From positions 699,159 to 763,158 of the forward strand of contig OZ238992.1 in NCBI GenBank assembly GCA_965183885.1: DNA of 64,000 nt, given 5' to 3'. The notes under the pieces are model-generated. The model made no database searches, was not told the DNA's origin, and was given only the letters and a program-made list of their open reading frames with translations. A program made the position numbers and the translations under genes. Source of the DNA: Flavobacteriales bacterium (GTDB lineage Bacteria; Bacteroidota; Bacteroidia; Flavobacteriales; BACL11). The stretch's first letter is position 1. Every line of letters starts with the position of its first letter. Shown here in pieces: positions 41,727 to 48,067 of this stretch.

Positions 41727-42500
41727 ATGCAATTTATTGATACACATAGCCATTTATACAGCAGTCAGTTTGATGAAGATAGAACACAAATTGTACAAGA
41801 TGCTATTGATAGTGGTGTAACAACCATACTCTTACCTAATATAGCTAGTAGCTACACCAAAGGAATGCTTGATTTGTGTAAGCAGTTTCCTAAAAACTGC
41901 TACCCTATGATGGGATTACACCCTTGTGATGTAAAGGAGGAAAATTTGGCTGATGAGTTGCAACATGTTGAGCAAGAGCTGGAAAAAGGAGGCTATATTG
42001 CCGTAGGAGAAATTGGTTTGGATTTGTATTGGGACAAAACCTCTTTAGCAATTCAGAAAAAAGCATTTATACATCAAATTGAATTGGCAAAAAAATACCA
42101 GATTCCTATTGCAATACACGTAAGAGGTTCTTTTAATGAAGCTATTGAAATTATTGAGGCGTACAATGATAAAAACCTCAGGGGAGTATTTCACTGCTTT
42201 ACTGGAGGTAAGGCTGAAGCTGAAAGAGTAATTAAACTAGGAGGGTTTTATATGGGTATAGGTGGCGTGCTAACTTTTAAAAATAGTGGATTAGATGCCA
42301 CTATTAAAACTGTAGCTTTGCAGCACCTTATTTTAGAAACTGATGCTCCTTACCTTGCACCTGCTCCATTTAGAGGAAAAAGAAATGAAAGCAAACACAT
42401 TGTAACAATAGCTGAAAAACTAGCTAAAGTGCATCAAAGTAGTATAACAGAAGTTGCGAAGGTAACTACTGAAAATGCACAAAAACTATTCCAATTATGA
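41727..42500 (+). CDS. TatD-family metal-dependent hydrolase
   Basis: 257 aa with FIDTHSHL, GEIGLDLYW, HVRGS and ETDAPYLAP. Confidence 0.9.
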   Translation: MQFIDTHSHLYSSQFDEDRTQIVQDAIDSGVTTILLPNIASSYTKGMLDLCKQFPKNCYPMMGLHPCDVKEENLADELQHVEQELEKGGYIAVGEIGLDLYWDKTSLAIQKKAFIHQIELAKKYQIPIAIHVRGSFNEAIEIIEAYNDKNLRGVFHCFTGGKAEAERVIKLGGFYMGIGGVLTFKNSGLDATIKTVALQHLILETDAPYLAPAPFRGKRNESKHIVTIAEKLAKVHQSSITEVAKVTTENAQKLFQL

Positions 42501-43495
42501 AACAGAAAATACTATTAATTTATACTGGAGGAACTATTGGAATGGTAAAAGACAAAGTAAAAAACACTTTAGTCCCTTTTAATTTTGACGGTTTACTTAG
42601 TGCGATTCCTGAGCTTAAAAGTGATGAAGTAGATTTAGATACAGTAAGCATAAAAAATCCTATTGATTCGAGCAATATGAACCCTGATGTTTGGGTAGAA
42701 ATTGCTAAAATTATTGAAAAAAATTATACAGACTATAGTGGTTTTGTAATACTACACGGCTCCGATACTATGGCATATACAGCATCGGCACTGAGCTTTA
42801 TGCTAGAGCATATCAATAAGGCAGTTATCCTAACAGGATCGCAAATACCTATAGGCGTAAGGCGTACTGATGCAAAAGAAAACCTTATTACTTCTGTTGA
42901 GATTGCAGCAAGTGGCAAGGTAAATGAAGTTTGTATTTATTTTGAAGACCAACTTTATAAAGGCAACCGAACTGTAAAAATAAATACCGAACATTTTGAA
43001 GCTTTTGAATCGCCAAACTATCCAATATTGGCAGAAGCAGGAGTAAAAATAAAGTACAAAAGAACCCTAAAGAAAAAGGATAGTAATGATTTAATCATTC
43101 ATAAACCTTTAGCTGAGGATGTTGCCATTTTAAAATTTTTCCCTGGAATAACTATTACTACTATTAAAGCAATACTTAATAGTGCTAAGGGAATTATAAT
43201 TGAAAGCTTTGGAGCAGGAAATGCCCCAACGAGCACTGAGCTAAAGCAAGTACTTAGTACTGCAAATAAAGCAGGAAAAATACTAGTTAATATTAGCCAA
43301 TGCTTATACGGCACAGCTATTGATGGGCAGTATGAAACAAGTGAGCCTTTTGGCAAGGCTGGGGTATTATCGGGGAAAGATATGACTACAGAAGCAGCTA
43401 TTACCAAGCTTATGTTCTTGATGGGACAAGGTTTAAGTACTGCTGAAATAAAAACACAAATGCAAAAGAACCTAAGAGGAGAAATTACCGAGTAA
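42497..43495 (+). CDS. ansA: L-asparaginase, type I
   Basis: 332 aa with LLIYTGGTIGM and HGSDTMAYTASAL. It overlaps tatD by 4 nt (ATGA). Confidence 0.9.
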   Translation: MKQKILLIYTGGTIGMVKDKVKNTLVPFNFDGLLSAIPELKSDEVDLDTVSIKNPIDSSNMNPDVWVEIAKIIEKNYTDYSGFVILHGSDTMAYTASALSFMLEHINKAVILTGSQIPIGVRRTDAKENLITSVEIAASGKVNEVCIYFEDQLYKGNRTVKINTEHFEAFESPNYPILAEAGVKIKYKRTLKKKDSNDLIIHKPLAEDVAILKFFPGITITTIKAILNSAKGIIIESFGAGNAPTSTELKQVLSTANKAGKILVNISQCLYGTAIDGQYETSEPFGKAGVLSGKDMTTEAAITKLMFLMGQGLSTAEIKTQMQKNLRGEITE

Positions 43496-43500
43496 TTTTT

Positions 43501-43508
43501 TAGATTTG
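43501..43508 (+). promoter_or_regulatory. -7 box (TAgaTTTG) for tRNA-Ser
   Basis: TAGATTTG lies 9 nt before the mature tRNA 5' end. Confidence 0.5.
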
Positions 43509-43517
43509 CGCCAGTTT

Positions 43518-43604
43518 GGTGAGGTGGCCGAGTGGCTTAAGGCGCACGCTTGGAAAGCGTGTAAACGGGAAACTGTTTCGGGGGTTCGAATCCCTTCCTC
43601 ACCG
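43518..43604 (+). tRNA. tRNA-Ser (anticodon GGA), type II with long variable arm
   Basis: Hand-folded. Acceptor is GGTGAGG/CCTCACC plus discriminator G. Anticodon stem CACGC/GCGTG with loop TT-GGA-AA. Long variable arm, and T-loop TTCGAAT. CCA is not encoded. Confidence 0.9.
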
Positions 43605-43615
43605 CAAAAGAAAAG

Positions 43616-43641
43616 TCCTAGCATTTATGCTGGGATTTTTT
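43616..43641 (+). terminator. Intrinsic terminator after tRNA-Ser
   Basis: TCCTAGCA-ttta-TGCTGGGA (one G.U pair) followed by T6. Confidence 0.7.
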
Positions 43642-43717
43642 ATTTGGATTTGACGCAAATTTATTTGTCAGAAAATTCAAATGAAAAATTACAAAACGAA
43701 TAATTGAGTTAGGGCTT

Positions 43718-43725
43718 TACTTTTG
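43718..43725 (+). promoter_or_regulatory. Orphan -7 box (TActTTTG) upstream of the second tRNA-3'-end copy
   Basis: TACTTTTG at 43718-43725, with no ORF downstream. It is followed by the 18-mer copy and a terminator. Confidence 0.4.
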
Positions 43726-43752
43726 TAAAATACCCAAACGGGATCATGCAAT

Positions 43753-43770
43753 AATCCCTTCCTCACCGCA
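43753..43770 (+). repeat. Direct repeat copy 2 of the tRNA-Ser 3' end (AATCCCTTCCTCACCGCA)
   Basis: Identical 18-mer to 43589-43606, which spans the T-loop 3' part, T-stem, acceptor 3' strand, discriminator and 2 nt. Confidence 0.95.
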
Positions 43771-43778
43771 TAAAATAG

Positions 43779-43808
43779 AAACTACTCTTTTGGGTAGTTT
43801 TTATTTTA
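43779..43808 (+). terminator. Intrinsic terminator after repeat copy 2
   Basis: AAACTACTC-tttt-GGGTAGTTT followed by ttattttat. Confidence 0.65.
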
Positions 43809-43873
43809 TATGATAATGAGACTTGATAAGAACCCTTGTTCAAAATAATATTCTTGAGATTGGAACAATCAAA

Positions 43874-43891
43874 AATCCCTTCCTCACCGCA
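43874..43891 (+). repeat. Direct repeat copy 3 of the tRNA-Ser 3' end
   Basis: Identical 18-mer. The identity with copy 1 extends 2 nt further (…GCAAA). Confidence 0.95.
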
Positions 43892-43896
43892 AATAT

Positions 43897-43926
43897 AAAC
43901 CCAATAAAAATTGGGTTTTATCTTTT
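43897..43926. terminator. Hairpin terminator after repeat copy 3 (also downstream of the convergent methyltransferase gene)
   Basis: AAACCCAA-taaaaa-TTGGGTTT followed by tatctttt. Confidence 0.6.
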
Positions 43927-43935
43927 ATAAAAGCT

Positions 43936-44631
43936 CTACATCTTCAAATAAAAGTCCTTACAGAGTTGGGTGTATGCATCAGTATAATTATGCCTGGATT
44001 TTTCTATGGTTAGCTCCTCAGTTTTTAGTTCAGCTTTAGTAAATGAAAACGCTAACATCACTCTTTTTACAGGAGCCGTTGCATTCCCCTTTACATTACA
44101 AACCCTACTACAATATAAATGCTGTGCAGTAGCAATATTACAAAACTGCTTTTCCGAATCTTTAGGTATTATTACTGCAAACACTCCTTTTGCTGAAAGC
44201 AAATTTGCTGCATGCTGTATTAAGTCTTTAAATGATAGCGTATTGGTACGCCTAGCAATAGCCCTTCTTTCCTGAGAGTTATCTTCAGGGAAAAACGGAG
44301 GATTACTTACTATTAAATCAAACTGGTTTTTAGGAGTAAAATCTTGCAAAGAGGTATGGTTGATTTTAATTCTTTCCTTCCAATCAGAATTTATGCTATT
44401 TTTTTGAGCTTCTTGGCTAGCAGCCTTGTCAATTTCAATTCCAACAATACTACTTTCTGGGTTTCTTTGGGCAAGCATTAATGTTATTAATCCTGTTCCA
44501 CAACCTATATCCAAAATAGTATTTGATTCCTTACATGGTACCCAAGCTCCTAATAATACGCCATCAGTACCTACCTTCATTGCTGATTGCTCTTGTATTA
44601 TAGTAAACTTCTTAAATTTGAAAACAGACAT
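43936..44631 (-). CDS. tRNA (adenine-N6)-methyltransferase, YfiC/TrmN6-like
   Basis: 231 aa with SAM motif ILDIGCGTGLI and catalytic VSNPPFF. Confidence 0.82.
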   Translation of the reverse strand: MSVFKFKKFTIIQEQSAMKVGTDGVLLGAWVPCKESNTILDIGCGTGLITLMLAQRNPESSIVGIEIDKAASQEAQKNSINSDWKERIKINHTSLQDFTPKNQFDLIVSNPPFFPEDNSQERRAIARRTNTLSFKDLIQHAANLLSAKGVFAVIIPKDSEKQFCNIATAQHLYCSRVCNVKGNATAPVKRVMLAFSFTKAELKTEELTIEKSRHNYTDAYTQLCKDFYLKM

Positions 44632-44672
44632 CCTTGTTGTTTATTAAGCTATTTGTTTTTGCTTATCAGAAA

Positions 44673-45362
44673 TTATAAATGAATCTCAATTGAGCACCCA
44701 ATCAAAATCCCATTCTGTGTTATATTTTCCCAACTATTATATGTGCTATTATAATAAATAATAGCAGGATTTATTGAAACACTTTCACCCTCATTAAGGT
44801 ATAATTGATGTCCAATACCTAGCGAAGAAGTATTAATATCACTGTTTATTGAATATCCTACTTGAGCATAAGTGTTATTAAGATAACCTCTTAAAAACGG
44901 ACCTATTACTGATGATGTTAATGCTTGGTCCCCAGAAGAAAAAGAATTGAACGCTAATGAGACACCTAAAATAACATCTTTTGTAAGAAAGCCTCCAACA
45001 GATGCTAGTAATGCAATACTAGTTGAAGAATGAAAATTCTCATTCTCCTGACCGCTCTCATACATAAAAGTTGATGCTCCACTAAGTAATATTTTTTTAG
45101 CCTTAGGTTTACTAGTACTTTTAATTGAAAATACTTCCTTGTCTCCATTAGAATATTTAATCAAAAATATATCCTCTTTTAGTTTAGTATAAATAGGGCC
45201 ATCTTGATTACTATAAACCTTATACTTAATAGCTTCTTCATTAACTTCAAGTACCTTAGCACTAATCTCTTCCCCATCTTTTAACAGGATAATATCATGT
45301 AAAAGGCCCTGCCCAAGTCCAATCATTGGCAAACAAAACAATATAAGTAATAGTTTTTTCAT
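44673..45362 (-). CDS. Hypothetical secreted protein (small N-terminal domain + predicted beta-barrel)
   Basis: I moved the start to ATG 45362 (MKKLLLILFCLPMIGLG signal peptide). The C-terminal half is Ser/Gly/Asn-rich with alternating strands, ending ...GCSIEIHL. Confidence 0.6.
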   Translation of the reverse strand: MKKLLLILFCLPMIGLGQGLLHDIILLKDGEEISAKVLEVNEEAIKYKVYSNQDGPIYTKLKEDIFLIKYSNGDKEVFSIKSTSKPKAKKILLSGASTFMYESGQENENFHSSTSIALLASVGGFLTKDVILGVSLAFNSFSSGDQALTSSVIGPFLRGYLNNTYAQVGYSINSDINTSSLGIGHQLYLNEGESVSINPAIIYYNSTYNSWENITQNGILIGCSIEIHL

Positions 45363-45428
45363 AATTTTTATTTTTTTCAAACTTAACAAAAAATACTTAG
45401 TAAAACAATGATAATTGTGTGGTGCAAT

Positions 45429-45453
45429 AAGAAAACCACCCTATTTGGGTGGC
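45429..45453 (-). terminator. Intrinsic terminator after the OmpA-family gene
   Basis: The minus strand reads CCACCC-aaata-GGGTGG followed by ttttctt. Confidence 0.6.
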
Positions 45454-45481
45454 TTCTAATTCAATCAATTTATTAAAAAAA

Positions 45482-46480
45482 CTACTCTTCTAATAGCTCA
45501 AACAAATCATCTAAGTTTGGTGAGAGTATCATTTCAATTCTTCTATTAGCACTTCTTCCTGCTTTAGTTTTGTTAGTTGCTATTGGCACAAATTCACCTC
45601 TACCTGCTGCTGTAAGCTGCAATGGATTAAGCGCAGGGTTCTTAGTTAGTACCTTTACCACATTTGTAGCTCTTAACACACTTAAATCCCAGTTGTCTTT
45701 TACTGAACTTCTTCCACTTAAAGGAATACTATCAGTATGTCCTTCTACAAGTATATCTAAGCTTTCTTGGCTCGCTAAAGCTGTAGCTAATTTATTTAAT
45801 GCAGCAACTCCCCCAGTATTTACAACATACTTACCTGAAGCAAATAACAAATCTTCTTCCAAAGAAATATATACTTTTCCATTACGCTGCTCAATAGTTA
45901 AGCCCTCTCCTTCAAGTCCAATTAAGGCTTTAGAGATACTCTGCTTTAAAGCTGTAACCATAGAGTCTTTTTTATTGATAATCATTTCCAATTCCGTAAC
46001 CCTAACTGATCTGGCATCTAACTCCTCTTGTGCTAATTTTAATTCCTCCTCCTTTGCATCTAAAGAGTTTGAAAGCTTATTTAACTCATCTTCTTTTGAA
46101 AAAAGCTCAGCTTGTGCTTGTTCTAACTGTTCTAATAATTTCTTAGTTTCCTTTGCTTTATCAGCCATATACCTACTATTTTTAGAAATCAATAGGTCAT
46201 AAGCTGTATTTAATTCATCATGCTTGTTTTGCAAAATTTCTAATGCCTTACCATTTTGTACTGAATCATTCCTTAGCACTGAAATTTGTGCTTCTAAATC
46301 TGCAATAGTTCCTTCCTTCTCTTCCAACTCTCCACTTAAGGCTAAAACCTTTTTTTCTTGTAGGCTAAGGGCACTTTTTGTTAACTCTTGTTCTGTTAAT
46401 AGTGCATTATGTATTTTAGGAGTAACACAAGAACTAAGTACTAGTAATACTGCACTAAAATAGAGGATTGATTTTTGCAT
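45482..46480 (-). CDS. OmpA/MotB-domain lipoprotein with long coiled-coil
   Basis: I moved the start to ATG 46480 (MQKSILYFSAVLLVLSSC lipobox), 23 nt below the -7 box. It has a ~170-aa heptad-rich region, then OmpA_C with GHTDS...N..LS..RA...NRRIE. Confidence 0.85.
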   Translation of the reverse strand: MQKSILYFSAVLLVLSSCVTPKIHNALLTEQELTKSALSLQEKKVLALSGELEEKEGTIADLEAQISVLRNDSVQNGKALEILQNKHDELNTAYDLLISKNSRYMADKAKETKKLLEQLEQAQAELFSKEDELNKLSNSLDAKEEELKLAQEELDARSVRVTELEMIINKKDSMVTALKQSISKALIGLEGEGLTIEQRNGKVYISLEEDLLFASGKYVVNTGGVAALNKLATALASQESLDILVEGHTDSIPLSGRSSVKDNWDLSVLRATNVVKVLTKNPALNPLQLTAAGRGEFVPIATNKTKAGRSANRRIEMILSPNLDDLFELLEE

Positions 46481-46503
46481 AATTATAATTATTTTATTCT
46501 TCT

Positions 46504-46511
46504 CAAAATTA
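46504..46511 (-). promoter_or_regulatory. -7 box (TAatTTTG) for the OmpA-family gene
   Basis: Plus-strand caaaatta is TAATTTTG on the minus strand. Confidence 0.5.
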
Positions 46512-46621
46512 CAAAGGAAGTAAAGGGAAACCCAAAATAAAAACAATACTTTTCAACAGCAAAATATTAAAATTAATAATTCCTTAATATCCTCTTAACC
46601 TAAAGTAACTGCTACAGCTTT

Positions 46622-46629
46622 TATTTTTG
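46622..46629 (+). promoter_or_regulatory. -7 box (TAttTTTG) upstream of the frameshifted small ORF
   Basis: TATTTTTG lies 23 nt before the ATG at 46653. Confidence 0.45.
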
Positions 46630-46652
46630 TATAAAAATTAAAAGAAAATAAA

Positions 46653-46896
46653 ATGTACTGGAAAGAAAGACTAGACAAAATGATTGCAAAGGGCAATTAT
46701 AAAAAAGACAACAGTTGGCAAGCATTAAAAGGTGAAACTGCTTTTATATTACTGCATAACAAGAATAAAAAAAAACGGAGTTATCACCGCTGTAAATGAC
46801 ACCTATTTACTAATTAATGAATTCAAAAACAAAGACAATATCCCAACTAAATTATACCGAAATGAGATACAACTAATTGATCCTTTTCTGAATTAA
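46653..46896 (+). pseudogene. Small ORF (~80 codons if intact) interrupted by a +1 frameshift in an A9 tract
   Basis: Frame 1 runs 46653-46799: MYWKERLDKMIAKGNYKKDNSWQALKGETAFILLHNKNKKKRSYHRCK*. From the A-run (46767-46775) the +1 frame continues ..KKNGVITAVNDTYLLINEFKNKDNIPTKLYRNEIQLIDPFLN* to 46896. Removing one A joins them. Both pieces are below the track's 60-aa cut-off. Confidence 0.45.
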
Positions 46897-46947
46897 AAAT
46901 GGAATAATAAATCACCTTACAAAGGAGACTTCTACTTATATAGAAAA

Positions 46948-47424
46948 CTAATATTCAATACCAAAATAAGGGTCAGAAGGTGGCGGTGGAGGTGGTGGAG
47001 TATGTTGTTCTTTATTAGCCCAAAAACCTTTAATCCAAAAATAACCACCAGTTGGAGTTAATTCCCAGAACCCAGGTACCCAATGATAACCTCTTCTTTT
47101 TCTAACCCACCTTCCATCTCTCCAAATATAATTATTATAATAAGTATTCCACTCCCAATACCCCTCTAACCAAACATAATTATTTCTTGTGTAATTTGGA
47201 CGGTGAGTTACAACTCTAGGTCGAGCTGGACGGTGAGTTACAACCCTATTCCTATTTGTTCTTACTTGTGTACCATGCCTATTAACATGTTTTTTCTTCA
47301 CCTTTACTGTTTTAGTAGTTCTATAATTATCTTTTGTCTTTACTACTACCTGCGCATCAGCATTAATTGGAAGAAATATTGCAAGTCCGAAAATTAAAAT
47401 TGAACTAAAAATTATTTTTTTCAT
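46948..47424 (-). CDS. Secreted WxxGxW/YxWxxG-repeat protein with basic region and poly-Pro tail
   Basis: 158 aa with a signal peptide. Repeats: YVWLEGYWEW, YIWRDGRWV, YHWVPGFWE, YFWIKGFW. Also contains RNRVVTHRPARPRVVTHRPNY and PPPPPPP. Confidence 0.75.
   Translation of the reverse strand: MKKIIFSSILIFGLAIFLPINADAQVVVKTKDNYRTTKTVKVKKKHVNRHGTQVRTNRNRVVTHRPARPRVVTHRPNYTRNNYVWLEGYWEWNTYYNNYIWRDGRWVRKRRGYHWVPGFWELTPTGGYFWIKGFWANKEQHTPPPPPPPSDPYFGIEY
47197..47256. repeat. 30-nt tandem duplication inside the WxxGxW gene
   Basis: TGGACGGTGAGTTACAAC occurs at 47197-47214 and 47227-47244. It encodes the duplicated VVTHRP segment. Confidence 0.9.
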
Positions 47425-47484
47425 GGCTATTATTTTTAAGATGTTTACTTTTATGACTTAAAAGAATTAATAAAGTTTAAAGAT

Positions 47485-48036
47485 ATGAAAAAAATAATAA
47501 ATTATTTCCTGCAAGGTTTACTTTATATTGTTCCTCTAGCAGGAACCCTTTATGTAGTCTACTGGACCTTTATTAAAATTGATGGAATTCTCCCTTTTCA
47601 GTTTCCAGGATTAGGCTTAATTGTCATTATTTTACTTATCACCTTAATTGGTTTTATAGGCTCTGCAATTATTGCTAGCCCTATTAATGCTTTTTTTCAA
47701 AGACTTTTACGAAAGACTCCTTTACTAAAAACAATTTATTCGTCAATGAAAGATTTAATGCACACTTTTGTTGGAAAAAAGAAAGGGTTTAACCAACCAG
47801 TGCTTATTAAGTTATATGAAAACTCAACAATTGAACGTATTGGTTTTATTACAAATGAGGATTTAAATACACTAAACATAAATGATGGAAAAGTATTGGT
47901 TTACTTACCACATTCTTATGCCATATCAGGGCAGCTTTTTATTGTTGAACGTTCCTACATTACTCCTATTAACGCTTCTTCATCTGAAATAATGAAATTA
48001 ATTGTTTCAGGAGGAGTAACTGAAATTGATAATTAA
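47485..48036 (+). CDS. DUF502-family membrane protein
   Basis: 183 aa with two N-terminal transmembrane segments and then a soluble domain. The family name is from memory of the architecture. Confidence 0.65.
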   Translation: MKKIINYFLQGLLYIVPLAGTLYVVYWTFIKIDGILPFQFPGLGLIVIILLITLIGFIGSAIIASPINAFFQRLLRKTPLLKTIYSSMKDLMHTFVGKKKGFNQPVLIKLYENSTIERIGFITNEDLNTLNINDGKVLVYLPHSYAISGQLFIVERSYITPINASSSEIMKLIVSGGVTEIDN

Positions 48037-48067
48037 ATTTAACTTTACAGCTTTAAAACAAACACTT

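Noticed and set aside
43506-43703. A 65-aa ORF (MRQFGEVAEWLKAHAWK...).
   Set aside because: It is the translation of tRNA-Ser and its terminator, not a protein gene.
45570-46202. A 210-aa ORF on the plus strand, the longest unexplained ORF in the track.
   Set aside because: It lies entirely antisense to the coiled-coil part of the OmpA-family gene. Its product is a Ser/Phe/Asn/Leu-rich low-complexity string, as expected from reading Glu/Leu/Lys/Ala codons backwards. It has no promoter box, while the sense gene has a lipobox, an OmpA_C domain, a promoter and a terminator.
43605-47484. The region downstream of tRNA-Ser, considered as a possible integrated genomic island.
   Set aside because: It has no integrase, excisionase, transposase, conjugation or phage genes. 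The only repeats are the three closely spaced 18-mers near the tRNA, with no distal att copy in the window. The genes present (trmN6-like, OmpA-family, envelope proteins) look chromosomal.
8612-48067. ORF-track N-terminal extensions at 8612, 12284, 13636, 15554, 23313, 31299, 32258, 33524, 34972, 45389, 46546 and 48026, plus one more at 60679 just outside this span.
   Set aside because: In each case the extension precedes a canonical N-terminus or signal peptide. Several begin at a TTG inside or beside the TAnnTTTG promoter box, or inside a terminator hairpin (12284). I replaced them with downstream ATG or GTG starts.
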